Assembly: GCA_040879145.1 (NCBI GenBank)
Contig: JBBDKX010000035.1
Location: 1,122 to 65,121, forward strand
Direction: 5' to 3'
From: Candidatus Spechtbacterales bacterium
GTDB taxonomy: Bacteria; Patescibacteriota; Minisyncoccia; Spechtbacterales; 2-12-FULL-38-22
Length of the DNA stretch: 64,000 nucleotides
Part shown: in pieces, positions 19,084-29,141 of the stretch
Position numbering within the stretch: position 1 is the first letter of the stretch
Layout of the letters: every line of letters begins with the position of its first letter
Notes under the pieces: generated by a model
Told to the model about the DNA's origin: nothing
Seen by the model: only the letters and a program-made list of their open reading frames with translations
Databases searched by the model: none
Position numbers and translations under genes: made by a program

Positions 19084-20145
19084 TTATTTAAGCCTGGGTG
19101 GCTTTTGATTGTAATTCATATCCACTAAAACTTCCCGTAACTGATCTATATTTTCAAGCACAACACCTGTTCCTCTAACAACGGCTGTCAAAGGGTCTTC
19201 GGCGATACGTACAGGCATCTGAGTCTCTTTTTGTATAAGCTCATCGAAACCGCGAAGTAAACTTCCGCCTCCCGCAAGAACGATTCCGCGCTCCATTATG
19301 TCGGCTAAAAGTTCTGGTGGAGTTTGTTCAACTGTACCCTTAATGGCGGTTGCCAAAGCATTAACTGAAGGTGTTAATGCTTCGCGAATATGCTTATCCT
19401 GAATTATTATTTCTTTTGGTAAACCTGTAATAAGGTCTCTTCCGCGCATAGGCATTGAGATTGTTTCTTCCAAAGGAAGTACGGATCCGGCCGCTATTTT
19501 AAGATTTTCAGCTGTCCTTTCTCCAAGAAGTAGGTTAAATTCTTCACGAGCGTAATTTACGATATCCTCATTTAACCTGTCTCCCGCAATGCGTAATGAA
19601 CGCGCAACCACTATACCTCCGAGAGATATTACAGCTACCTCGGTAGTACCTCCTCCTATGTCTATTATCATATTTCCCGAAGGCTCCTGAACATCGAGGC
19701 GCGCGCCAATTGCGGCAGCCATAGGCTCTTCTATTAAATACACCTCACGGGCTCCCGCGGCTTTTGCTGCATCTTCAACAGCGCGTTTTTCTACTTCGGT
19801 AACTCCCGATGGAATCCCTACAACAACACGCGGACGTGGAAGAAAGCGAAGTGGCTCAGAGTGAACTTTATCTATAAAATATTTAAGCATCTGCTGTGTT
19901 ATCTCAAAATCTGAAACCACGCCGTCCACCAAAGGACGTGAAGCTACAATATGAGCAGGTGTTTTACCCACCATTCTCCTGGCCTCCTCGCCTATAGCAA
20001 GAACACGCCCGGTTTTTTGGTTTATAGCGACAACAGATGGTTCGTTTATAGCTATTCCTTTTTTCCGAACATAAACAAGTGTATTTGCGGTACCAAGGTC
20101 TATTCCTATGTCTAGAGAAAAGGCTCCTAAAATTTTATTTAACAT
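19084..20145 (-). CDS. mreB: Rod shape-determining protein MreB
   Basis: GIDLGTAN, EPSVVA, EEPMAAAIG, DIGGGTTE, GGGSLL. Confidence 0.96.
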   Translation of the reverse strand: MLNKILGAFSLDIGIDLGTANTLVYVRKKGIAINEPSVVAINQKTGRVLAIGEEARRMVGKTPAHIVASRPLVDGVVSDFEITQQMLKYFIDKVHSEPLRFLPRPRVVVGIPSGVTEVEKRAVEDAAKAAGAREVYLIEEPMAAAIGARLDVQEPSGNMIIDIGGGTTEVAVISLGGIVVARSLRIAGDRLNEDIVNYAREEFNLLLGERTAENLKIAAGSVLPLEETISMPMRGRDLITGLPKEIIIQDKHIREALTPSVNALATAIKGTVEQTPPELLADIMERGIVLAGGGSLLRGFDELIQKETQMPVRIAEDPLTAVVRGTGVVLENIDQLREVLVDMNYNQKPPRLK

Positions 20146-20149
20146 ACAA

Positions 20150-20211
20150 TTGAATGGTTAAATGGCCAAATGGCTGGTAGAGATGGTAAAAACTTAACCA
20201 TTTAGCCATTT
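20150..20211. repeat. Inverted 8-mer array (AAATGGYY / RRCCATTT) at the proS-mreB junction
   Basis: aatggttaaatggccaaatggc ... aaccatttagccattt; overlaps the proS stop. Confidence 0.75.
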
Positions 20212-21438
20212 GGGAAGATTATTGATTTTTATAATTTCCTCTTTATCTGAACTTCTTCTCTTTATCTCAAAACCCCCGGCTTTCAAACTGCGCTCGCTTA
20301 CAACTACACGCAACGGAATTCCTATAAGATCGGAGTCTGCAAACTTCTGTCCGGCTGAAATATCTTGCCTGTCATCATATAGCACTTCTGTGTTTTGAGC
20401 AAGCAGTTTTTCATATAATTTATCGGCATCTTTTTCACCTCCTGAAAGCGCGATAAGATGCACCTTGAAAGGCGCTATTTCATCGGGCCACACAATACCT
20501 TTACCATCGGAGAGTACCTCAACTATAGTTCCCATTAACCTGCCAAGCCCTATGCCATAACTCCCCATTACAACCGGGTGGTTTTCTCCTTTTTCATCCG
20601 AATACGTAAAGCCAATTGCGTCAGAAACTCGCGTCCCAATGGGGAATATATTTCCAATTTCAACAGATCGCTTTTCTTCCAGCTTATCCTTAACTAATCC
20701 CAGCTCCTCTATTGTTTCATCTGTAAACACCTCTTTGTTTATAGCAAGTTTTTTATCTTTATCAATAAAAATGGTGTCCTCTCCTGCCTCTGATAAAACC
20801 TGAAACTCATCCGACCAGGGGCCGAACACACTCCCGTCCGCGCGGGTTAAATATGTTTTTTCCTTCAAACCAACCCGATCCACGATATTAAAATAGGCTT
20901 TTTTGGCTTCTTCATAAAAATGCATGAGCTCATTTTCTGTTCGTGAAAATGAATACATGTCTTTCATAAAAAATTCTCTGCCTCTCATAATACCGCTCTT
21001 TGCTCTCAACTCGTTACGGAATTTTGTCTGAAACTGATACACAGAAAACGGCAAATCCTTATATGAAGAAGTATGGTTTTTTAACATCTCGGCAATCACT
21101 TCTTCGTGGCTAAAAGCAAGGCCGAGATCCGACCCGTTTTTTAGTTTTGTCTTAAACCAAACATCCACTTTTTCATCATCCCATTTGTCCGCTTTTTTCC
21201 AAATCTCAGAATCCTGTAGAGTGGTCATTTCTATTTCCTGTCCACCTATTGTATTCATTTCTTCACGAATAACCCTCTCTATTTTTTTTAACACGCGCAA
21301 ACCAAGAGGCAAATATGAATAAACGCCCGCCATTTCTTTATTTATAAATCCCCCACGAATTAAAAGTATCGCGTTTTTTGAAACCTCATCTTTTGGGGCT
21401 TCTTTCCTTGTTTTTGTAAATAGGTTTGACTGACGCAT
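20194..21438 (-). CDS. proS: Proline--tRNA ligase (short form without editing domain)
   Basis: GVYSYLPLG, QFQTKFRNELR, MRGREFFMKDMYSF, MGSYGIG. Confidence 0.96.
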   Translation of the reverse strand: MRQSNLFTKTRKEAPKDEVSKNAILLIRGGFINKEMAGVYSYLPLGLRVLKKIERVIREEMNTIGGQEIEMTTLQDSEIWKKADKWDDEKVDVWFKTKLKNGSDLGLAFSHEEVIAEMLKNHTSSYKDLPFSVYQFQTKFRNELRAKSGIMRGREFFMKDMYSFSRTENELMHFYEEAKKAYFNIVDRVGLKEKTYLTRADGSVFGPWSDEFQVLSEAGEDTIFIDKDKKLAINKEVFTDETIEELGLVKDKLEEKRSVEIGNIFPIGTRVSDAIGFTYSDEKGENHPVVMGSYGIGLGRLMGTIVEVLSDGKGIVWPDEIAPFKVHLIALSGGEKDADKLYEKLLAQNTEVLYDDRQDISAGQKFADSDLIGIPLRVVVSERSLKAGGFEIKRRSSDKEEIIKINNLPKWLNG

Positions 21439-21444
21439 GGTTTT

Positions 21445-21646
21445 GTCCCGATACCACCCAAATCTTTGATTCGCTTGCAGTATCGTGGATCCTCGACGCT
21501 ATAACAAAATCAAAGATTTTGATAGCGTCGGGATTCGCAAGCTCACAAAACAAGATTACACTGATAACAACTGATACCACTGATGATTTTTACATGCATC
21601 AGCGTAATCAGCCATTATCTGTGATATCTAAGCGAGCGAAGCGAGC
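21445..21646. repeat. Composite junction element (9-mer inverted array plus nested hairpin) between rseP and proS
   Basis: (a)ctgat... / atcag... 9-mers; ends gcgagcgaagcgagc at the rseP stop; left part shared with 34321-34396. Confidence 0.75.
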
Positions 21647-22729
21647 TTAAAAAAATCTATTTATATCGTGTACTGTAATTAAAACTATTAGCAGTATCAG
21701 TAGCACAAAACCTGTAGCATGTGCCGCTGTCTCCACTTTACTGCTAACAGGGGAACCTTTTATCTTCTCTGCTACCAAAAAGGCGAATCTTCCGCCATCA
21801 AGCGCGGGGAAGGGAACTATGTTCAAAATACCGAGACTTAAAGATATTAGCGCTATAAATTGCAATACGTAGGTAAGCCCGAGGTCGCGAACGGTTCCTG
21901 TCATAATGGCTATGCCTACCGGACCCGAAATGTCTTCGGGTACGCTCCCATCAACTACAGCCTGTTTTACAGTACTGCCAAAAACACTTACCGAGGCGAC
22001 AGTGAGATTATATGTTGTCTTAGCTCCTTCAACTAATGCTGTGTGGGGTGGGTGTTGTATAACACCTATTCGTACCAAACTTATTCCTGTAGCTCCCTGA
22101 CCTTCCGGAATATCCTCGCGTGCCAAAATTGAAAACTCCAAAGTATCCTTACCTCGTTCTACTGTAAATAACAATGTTTCACCCGTGTGTCCAGATATAA
22201 AATCGGATACTTCGCCGGCAGATTGAGCTGATGTAACACTCTCCCCTGCTTGAATACTTAAAATTTTGTCTCCCGTTAAAATACCCGCGCTCTCAGCGGG
22301 AGAGTCCTTCACAACACTTATTATCTGAACCGCTACATCTTTGACATTGGAAGGGGTTTCTTCGTCTCCTATTATTGTGGGAGCGCCTATCATGTGGACT
22401 GCTGAAAAGAAGACGTACGCTACCAAAAAATTCATTACAACACCTGCAACTATGACCAGAGATTTTTTCCAAAAAGGTCTGCCCGCAAAACTGCGCGGAT
22501 CATTCCTGTCTTTGCCGTCCTCTCCGTGTATCTTTACGAAGCCCCCTATCGGAAATAAATTAAAGGTATATGTTGTCTCCCCTTTTTTTATTCCAAAAAG
22601 CTTTGGAGGAAATCCAAAACCAAACTCATCCACGCGCATTCCACTCTTTTTAGCCACGATAAAATGACCAAACTCATGAGTCAGGACTACAATTCCCAGT
22701 ATTAATATAAATAGTAATATTGTTAACAT
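21647..22729 (-). CDS. rseP: RIP metalloprotease RseP (M50 + PDZ)
   Basis: HEFGH, GFGFPP, PIGGFV, GPVGI, NIVPFPALDGG. Confidence 0.95.
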   Translation of the reverse strand: MLTILLFILILGIVVLTHEFGHFIVAKKSGMRVDEFGFGFPPKLFGIKKGETTYTFNLFPIGGFVKIHGEDGKDRNDPRSFAGRPFWKKSLVIVAGVVMNFLVAYVFFSAVHMIGAPTIIGDEETPSNVKDVAVQIISVVKDSPAESAGILTGDKILSIQAGESVTSAQSAGEVSDFISGHTGETLLFTVERGKDTLEFSILAREDIPEGQGATGISLVRIGVIQHPPHTALVEGAKTTYNLTVASVSVFGSTVKQAVVDGSVPEDISGPVGIAIMTGTVRDLGLTYVLQFIALISLSLGILNIVPFPALDGGRFAFLVAEKIKGSPVSSKVETAAHATGFVLLILLIVLITVHDINRFF

Positions 22730-22796
22730 TTTTAGGTTTTAGGTTTTAGGTTTTAGGTTTTAAGTGTAATACCTAACCCCTAATACCTAGAACCTA
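22730..22796. repeat. Inverted 7-mer array (TTTTAGG)4 / (NNCCTAR)4 at the frr-rseP junction
   Basis: Seen directly; the last unit contains the frr stop codon. Confidence 0.8.
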
Positions 22797-23342
22797 CTGC
22801 TCAAGTATCTCCCTCTCTCGCCCATCAATAGCTTCTTCTACTTTTTTGTTATACGCGTTTATCATATCCTGCAGAGCTTCTTTCTGTTTAAACTTCTCGT
22901 CTTCGGATATTTCTTTATTTTTTTCGGCGTCATCCAAGTCCTTAAGCGCTTCTTCTCTTATATTTCTCATACTTATGCGCGCGCTCTCGCCAAATTTATG
23001 AGCCTCTTTCGCAAGCTCTTTCCTTCTCTCTTCTGTAACAGGCGGCAAAGTAATACGAATAGAGTTACCTTCAACAACAGGATTAACATTCATGTCCGAC
23101 TGCCTTATCGCGTTTTGCACAGCGCCCACAAGAGCGGCGTCCCATGGCTGTATCAAAATCTGATTATTTTGCGGTATACTCACAGATGCCACCTGTTGCA
23201 GAGGCATTTTTGAATCATAAGCATCCACGGGAATATCTTCTACCATTCCCGCGTTAGCGCGCCCGACACGAAGACTTTTTAAATCTCCTGCCAGAACTTC
23301 CATCGTTTTTTCTAATTTTGGACTTATATCACTATTTTGCAT
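22794..23342 (-). CDS. frr: Ribosome recycling factor
   Basis: LRVGRAN, IQPWD, PPVTEERRKEL, RNIR, ISEDE. Confidence 0.96.
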   Translation of the reverse strand: MQNSDISPKLEKTMEVLAGDLKSLRVGRANAGMVEDIPVDAYDSKMPLQQVASVSIPQNNQILIQPWDAALVGAVQNAIRQSDMNVNPVVEGNSIRITLPPVTEERRKELAKEAHKFGESARISMRNIREEALKDLDDAEKNKEISEDEKFKQKEALQDMINAYNKKVEEAIDGREREILEQ

Positions 23343-24177
23343 ATTTTTTTATTGAAAGACCCTCTAACGCGTAGCGCACATTAACGTTGGTAGTCATTAA
23401 GTTTTGATAAATATTCAAAAGGTCGCTTAATAATTTTTCATTCGCGGGCATGTTGCTTCGGGCAATCTCCATCCAAACACGAAGCGCTTCGGCAACATCT
23501 CTCCTGTCCTCCATTTTGGCATATTTTTCACTTATTTTAAAGCTCTCAGAAAGAGAATTTTTAAAAAAAAGGTCCCAATCCGTCCTGTATCCTTTTATTT
23601 TTTTACGATAATCTTTATCATCCAACATTCTTTTGGCAAAACCGGGGCGTCCACTCCAATGAAGTTTTAATTCTTTTATAGGTTCGGTATTGAGTTCTTT
23701 TTCTATCACTTCATCGGCAACCATTAAAAACTTCATCTCCGTACAACGGGAACGTATAGTCTCCAAAATAATCTCAGGGTAAGAACTGCACAATATAAAT
23801 ATAGTATCGCCTCGCGGTTCTTCTATCATCTTTAACAAGGAATTGGCTGCATCCGTGTGCATATTGTGAGCAGCCGGTATTATAACTATTTTATACTTTC
23901 CTGAAAAGGGTGAAGTATAAAGCCGTTTTTTTAAATCCTGCGCGTCTTCAATGGGCAAAGGGCTCGGGGTTTCTATAATATCGGGCCCTCCTTCGCGCAA
24001 GGCTACGGAAGGGTCAAGTACCCCGCCATCTTCAAACTGAAGCCATGCGGCGATTTGGCGGGCAAATTCAAGCTTACCCACGCCTTCAGGTCCTGTAAAT
24101 AAAAAGGCGTGCGCTAAATTATCATTAGCGCTCATATCTTTAAACATTTTAAATTGTTTGGGGTGAAAATTTAACAT
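23332..24177 (-). CDS. holB: DNA polymerase III delta' subunit
   Basis: HAFLFTGPEGVGK, AANSLLKMIEEP, TIRSRC. Confidence 0.85.
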   Translation of the reverse strand: MLNFHPKQFKMFKDMSANDNLAHAFLFTGPEGVGKLEFARQIAAWLQFEDGGVLDPSVALREGGPDIIETPSPLPIEDAQDLKKRLYTSPFSGKYKIVIIPAAHNMHTDAANSLLKMIEEPRGDTIFILCSSYPEIILETIRSRCTEMKFLMVADEVIEKELNTEPIKELKLHWSGRPGFAKRMLDDKDYRKKIKGYRTDWDLFFKNSLSESFKISEKYAKMEDRRDVAEALRVWMEIARSNMPANEKLLSDLLNIYQNLMTTNVNVRYALEGLSIKKYAK

Positions 24178-24359
24178 TAAAAAATGTATCATTTAATACA
24201 TAATATACTTTATACAGCAATTTTTAAATGTTCCACTGCACCTACCTGTATGCCAATTGAAACATGAACCGGCAGGCAGGGTGAAACATTTAAAAATTGA
24301 CATTTTGTATATTTTGTGCTATTTTTATAGTAGTTCATACCACTATAGAAGGAGGAAAG

Positions 24360-24629
24360 ATGGAAGAGAAAATATCCAGAATATTTTTACCGACTATTCT
24401 TTTGGTTGCTTCTTCAAGCCTTTTACTATTTCTTATTGCAAGGATGGCATTTGTTGGTTTGACAGATGAAATACTTGTAAATTTCTTAGCAATATTTATG
24501 CTATTTGCTATAGGAGCCAGTATATCCCTATATACACTCATACAAAATATCGTACTCGCGATAACGGAACGGCACTGCACACATCAAGCACATAACTTGG
24601 AAATGGATACTCAGAAGGAGGAACGATGA
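24360..24629 (+). CDS. Small two-TM membrane protein
   Basis: SD AAGGAGG, TTGACA at 24298, two hydrophobic segments. Confidence 0.65.
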   Translation: MEEKISRIFLPTILLVASSSLLLFLIARMAFVGLTDEILVNFLAIFMLFAIGASISLYTLIQNIVLAITERHCTHQAHNLEMDTQKEER

Positions 24630-24994
24630 AACCAAGATTTGCGGAAATCGCACGCAACATTGAAATTTCATTTCGCAAAGTAGTAGAATCTATATCTATG
24701 CTTGTAGGAAGTATTTTCATAGTCGTACTGGCAAGCATGATTGCAAGTTATCCGTCTCAAGTCGTGATGGTTCTTATCTCTATAACCCTTCTGGGCGCGG
24801 GCTCAAGAAAGCTCTACTCTTCAGGAAAAGATCTCCTAGTATACATTGTACTGGATGATCACGCTACAGACATGCGAATTTTCAATGAAGTGGGAGAGGT
24901 TGATAAAGAGTTGGATGAGATTAGAAAACCCAACCTATCCACAATTCGTGGCGCAAGCACAGACGGCGGAGATATACCACTGCCGACAAAATAA
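24626..24994 (+). CDS. Small two-TM membrane protein, translationally coupled
   Basis: ATGA overlap, SD AAGGAGG, terminator aaaacgaccc-tccg-gggtcgtttt. Confidence 0.65.
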   Translation: MKPRFAEIARNIEISFRKVVESISMLVGSIFIVVLASMIASYPSQVVMVLISITLLGAGSRKLYSSGKDLLVYIVLDDHATDMRIFNEVGEVDKELDEIRKPNLSTIRGASTDGGDIPLPTK

Positions 24995-25125
24995 GCACCT
25001 TAAAACGACCCTCCGGGGTCGTTTTTTTTATTAAAAACCCGGTTGAGGTTTCAAGTAATACTTTATGAAGTCATAAGCGGGAAAATATGCGTTTCGCAGT
25101 ATAATGTAAAAAACTCAATAGTCTC

Positions 25126-25244
25126 GGCTTTTCAGCTTTCCGCTTATTTCTAGGAAGTGGCGAGGAGCGGAATAAGACGTAGATGACAACTACGTTGTTG
25201 AGCACCGCAGCCGCTGACAAAGAAATAAGCGAAAAGATAAAGCC
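25126..25244. mobile_element. ~120-bp palindromic MITE-like element, copy 1 (copy 2 at 44014-44137)
   Basis: Outer inverted repeat plus shared core cggaataagacgtagat.a.aactacgt.gttgag. Confidence 0.7.
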
Positions 25245-25245
25245 A

Positions 25246-26415
25246 CTATGCCACCTCCCACTCGTGCGCCAATATACGCTTTAGCACCCTCTTAAATTCA
25301 TTTTGAAACCTCTCGGTATTATATCTATTTCCTATATTTCTCATCATTACGGGATTATATCCCTCATAGTTGTTCACAAGACGCCTTACACCATCAGCCA
25401 AAACTGCCGGATGCAAGTCATCAAAAAACTCCCCGCTTACACCTTCCACAACACTCTCAAGTACCCCTCCCGCGCGGTAAGCTAAAACGGGCTTGCCAAA
25501 AATCATAGCTTCTACAGCGGATATGCCAAAATCTTCACGACCCGGATATATATAAGCAAAACAGTTCTCATATGCGTACTGCACAATATCATCAGGCTGA
25601 CGTCCAAGAAAAATAACATTATTGGAAGCCAGTTTTTCAAGCTCTTTTTTCTCCGGACCATCACCAATAACCACTAAAGGATACTTCATTCTACTGAATG
25701 CCTCTACGGCAATATCTATGTTTTTATAATCCTGAAGCTGTGAGACTATCAAAAAATACTTTTCAGGCAACTCTGCAAGAATACTTTTTTTGTGCATAGC
25801 ATCAGAACGCTGTCCGTTTTCCAGGAGTTCTAAACTCGCGCACGGATAAACAACAAAAGAATCTTTATTGTAATATTTTTTAATACGCTGCTTTGTGTTT
25901 TTGGAATTTGCTATAAAATAATCCACACGCGCCGCCGCATTAAAATCCCAAAGCCTGAAAAAGTGCAGAGTCATTTTTTCCAGTATGTGTTTTATAATGC
26001 CGTCCCTTTTTCGCCTCTTCTCTTCTTTAAATTCCCAAAGATGTTTCGTGGGTGTGTGGCAGTAACTTATATGTATGGTATCAGGGCTTGTAATTACCCC
26101 CTTTGCAAAAAAGGCGGAGGATGAAATTACAATGTCATATTTTTGAAGATCAAAATTCTCCATAGCAGGTATGGCTAATGGCGCCAAATAACGAAACCTG
26201 GAATGTAATTTTTTAGGAAACTTTTGCAAAAAAGATGTGCGAATATCGGCTGCCGGAAAATAAATATCAGCAAGTTCCGGGTCGCTAAAAAGAGTATATA
26301 TAGGCGCTTTTGGAAAAATACTATGCAACACACGTAAAACACGTTCGGCTCCGCCAAACTGTGTCATATAATCGTGCACTAATGCGACTTTTAACTTGTT
26401 GTTAGTTTGGTTCAC
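25246..26415 (-). CDS. Glycosyltransferase family 4
   Basis: KVALVHD...GGAERVL, YCHTP, EDFGISAVEAM. Confidence 0.93.
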   Translation of the reverse strand: MNQTNNKLKVALVHDYMTQFGGAERVLRVLHSIFPKAPIYTLFSDPELADIYFPAADIRTSFLQKFPKKLHSRFRYLAPLAIPAMENFDLQKYDIVISSSAFFAKGVITSPDTIHISYCHTPTKHLWEFKEEKRRKRDGIIKHILEKMTLHFFRLWDFNAAARVDYFIANSKNTKQRIKKYYNKDSFVVYPCASLELLENGQRSDAMHKKSILAELPEKYFLIVSQLQDYKNIDIAVEAFSRMKYPLVVIGDGPEKKELEKLASNNVIFLGRQPDDIVQYAYENCFAYIYPGREDFGISAVEAMIFGKPVLAYRAGGVLESVVEGVSGEFFDDLHPAVLADGVRRLVNNYEGYNPVMMRNIGNRYNTERFQNEFKRVLKRILAHEWEVA

Positions 26416-26420
26416 AAAAA

Positions 26421-26498
26421 ATAAATGGCTAAATGGTTAATTGTTAAATGGTTAATTATTTTTTACCAGCCATTTAGCCGTATAGCCATTTAACTATT
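26421..26498. repeat. Inverted 8-mer array at the mreB2-GT4 junction
   Basis: aaatggct aaatggtt ... agccattt agccgtat agccattt; same unit as 20150-20211. Confidence 0.8.
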
Positions 26499-26512
26499 AC
26501 GAGTACGGCTAT

Positions 26513-27523
26513 TTATTTCTTACTCATTACACTTCGCTTATAGACCTCCAAATTCTCAAGCGCTATTCCTGTGCCTTTTACTACGCACAAGAGAGGCTCG
26601 TCTGCAACATAAGCGGGTACGCCCGTTGCTTCCGATAACAACTCATCAAGATTTTTTAAAAGCGACCCGCCACCGGTCATAACCATTCCCTTATCCATAA
26701 TGTCTGCAGAAAGCTCAGGAGGAGTTTCGCGCAAAACAGATTTTACTGTGAGAACTATCTCTTTTAAGCGCTCGGATATGGCATTGGTTATTTCATTAGT
26801 CTTTACCTCAATATTTTTAGGCAGGCCTGATGTCATGTCGCGACCGCGCAACTGAAAGACTTCCTCGTCTTTAAGCGGAAGAGCGCTACCTATTGTTATT
26901 TTTATCTCCTCTGCGGTTCTTTCTCCAATGGCTAGATTGTACTGGCTCTTAATATAGCCCACAATGGCGCTGTCTATTTTGTCACCCCCAACGCGCGTTG
27001 AAGCGTTAGACACAATACCCCCCAGTGAAATAACAGCCACCTCGGTGGTGCCACCCCCTATATCCACAACCATGTTTCCGCTTGGTGAATTAATAGGTAT
27101 ACCCGCACCTATCGCTGCAAGTACAGGCTCTTTTACCACATAGGCGGCCTTGGCACCCGCATTCATAGCAGATTGCACTACAGCCCTTCTTTCTGTTGAG
27201 GTAATGCCTGCAGGAATAGATATCATTATTTCAGGTTTTTTAAGCCGCACCCTCCCTGACGCTTTATTTACGAAGTATCGAATCATAGATTCGGTTACTC
27301 TGTAATCGGCAATGACACCATCTTTCAATGGTCTGTGAGCAACTATGCTGTCAGGTGTCATGCCTATCATTTCTTTTGCCTCTTTACCAACAGCCAATAT
27401 GGTGTTGTCCCAAACAGATACCGCAACTACAGAGGGTTCATTCACGATTATTCCTCTTTTTGGCACATACACAAGAGAGTTTGCGGTGCCCAAATCTATT
27501 CCTATTTTTGATGGTGATAACAT
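26513..27523 (-). CDS. mreB: Second MreB/Mbl paralog
   Basis: GIDLGTAN, PLKDGVIADY, DIGGGTTE, TPPELSADI; downstream of murA. Confidence 0.93.
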   Translation of the reverse strand: MLSPSKIGIDLGTANSLVYVPKRGIIVNEPSVVAVSVWDNTILAVGKEAKEMIGMTPDSIVAHRPLKDGVIADYRVTESMIRYFVNKASGRVRLKKPEIMISIPAGITSTERRAVVQSAMNAGAKAAYVVKEPVLAAIGAGIPINSPSGNMVVDIGGGTTEVAVISLGGIVSNASTRVGGDKIDSAIVGYIKSQYNLAIGERTAEEIKITIGSALPLKDEEVFQLRGRDMTSGLPKNIEVKTNEITNAISERLKEIVLTVKSVLRETPPELSADIMDKGMVMTGGGSLLKNLDELLSEATGVPAYVADEPLLCVVKGTGIALENLEVYKRSVMSKK

Positions 27524-27540
27524 ATGGTCGCTATGCTCCA

Positions 27541-27686
27541 ATTTTTAATTTAAAATTTTAATTGAATGCCTTAATTTATAATGTTTTAACCTGCCTGCCC
27601 GCTCCGCCGAGGAAGCGAGGCGAGCCGGCAGGCAGGTAGGAATTAAATAATTTGAAATTGTTTTAAAATTTGAAATTTGAAATTTG
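27541..27686. repeat. AT-rich 7-mer (AAATTTG) junction array with a CCTGCCTG hairpin at 27590-27636
   Basis: aaatttg x3 overlaps the murA 3' end. Confidence 0.65.
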
Positions 27687-28982
27687 CGATGCGTCAACTG
27701 TGTTGAGCGGTGCTTCATAATTTATTCTCTCTATGTCCGCCCCAAGACTGCGTAACCTTTCTTCTATCCTCTCATAGCCCCTGTCTACCTGGTAAGCATT
27801 TTCTAATATGGTTTCTCCTTCTGCAATCAGTCCCGCAATGATAAGAGACATCCCTCCTCTTATATCTTCTCCCCGTATGGTTACACCCCTGAGTTTTGTG
27901 GGGCCTATTACTTCAGCTCTGTGATCATCCATTATATTAACCTTAGCTCCCATTTTCTGCAATTCCTTAAGATAGCTCAAACGCCTTTCATAAAGAGGAT
28001 CGTGCACAATAGTAGACCCCTGCGTCTGTGTAGCCAGTACACCTATGGGAGATTGAAGGTCTGTGGGAACTCCCGGGTATATCATCATCTGCATTTTAGG
28101 CATAAACAACTGCCTCGCCTTTCTTACAAATACAGTTCTTTGGTCTTCAATTGTAAAATCGGCTCCAAATCTTTTTAGTTTTTGCAGAAAAAGCTCAAGA
28201 TGGGAAAGTGGAAAATCATGTATACGCAGGGCTCCTCCGGCACACAACGCGGTCACAATAAATGTTCCCGCCTCTATATAATCCCGCACCACCTCATGTT
28301 CTGCTCCATAGAGAGCTGTCCTGCCTGTAATGATTGCTCTGTGGTTGGGCAAAAGATGAATGTCCGCGCCCATTTTATTCAGAAATTCAACAAGATTTTC
28401 TATGTGCGGTTCTGTAGCTAATATTGAAACTTCAATTTTATAAGGAAGAAGACTTGCCGCCATCAATAAATTTTCTGATGCCGTTACACTAAATTCATCC
28501 AGAACAACCTTTCTGACAATCGGGACCTTCGGGGTTTTGCGTATAGTAAAGTATCCCTCTTCGGCAATCACCTCATATCCGAGATCGGAAAAAACATTAA
28601 AATGAGTATCGAGACCGCGCGCGCCTATTTTGTCACCCCCCGGATAAGGCATTCTAACCTCGCCAAATCGTCCCAAAAGAGGACCTATAAAAACAACGGA
28701 AGATCGCAACTCCCTAACCATGTCTGCCGGCATTTTATTAGGATCTATGTTGCTGTTGTCTATGGCAACAACACCTTCCTCGCGCTTTATTCGCGCCCCC
28801 ATCTTTTCCAAAATTGCCAGCATAACATTAACATCACGAATATCAGGCAACCCCTTCAAAACACATTGATGGGATGTAAGCAAAGTAGCCGCAACCAGCT
28901 TTGTTGCAGCGTTTTTCGAGCCCTGGACACTAATCTCTCCTTCCAGTACCCGTCCGCCGCGGATTCTAAACGCCTCCATCAT
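27663..28982 (-). CDS. murA: UDP-N-acetylglucosamine 1-carboxyvinyltransferase (Asp in place of catalytic-loop Cys)
   Basis: GSKNA, PGGDKIGAR, SVTASEN, PTDLQ, DIRGG, DRGYE. Confidence 0.95.
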   Translation of the reverse strand: MMEAFRIRGGRVLEGEISVQGSKNAATKLVAATLLTSHQCVLKGLPDIRDVNVMLAILEKMGARIKREEGVVAIDNSNIDPNKMPADMVRELRSSVVFIGPLLGRFGEVRMPYPGGDKIGARGLDTHFNVFSDLGYEVIAEEGYFTIRKTPKVPIVRKVVLDEFSVTASENLLMAASLLPYKIEVSILATEPHIENLVEFLNKMGADIHLLPNHRAIITGRTALYGAEHEVVRDYIEAGTFIVTALCAGGALRIHDFPLSHLELFLQKLKRFGADFTIEDQRTVFVRKARQLFMPKMQMMIYPGVPTDLQSPIGVLATQTQGSTIVHDPLYERRLSYLKELQKMGAKVNIMDDHRAEVIGPTKLRGVTIRGEDIRGGMSLIIAGLIAEGETILENAYQVDRGYERIEERLRSLGADIERINYEAPLNTVDASQISNFKF

Positions 28983-29141
28983 TGGAATTATAATATCACC
29001 TGAATTTATGAAATACAAGTTGATTTTTGCCTGCTTTTATTATACAAAAATATAAGGTTAAATTTTGTTGTAATTGCTAACTTGTATTGATAATATACAG
29101 TAGTGGAACAAAAATATTCATCTGCAATACTGCACTAAAAA

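Noticed and set aside
22730-22762. Telomere-like (TTTTAGG)n tract suggesting eukaryotic contamination or a chromosome end
   Set aside because: Only four units, paired with an inverse array inside a bacterial operon; it belongs to the junction-element family.
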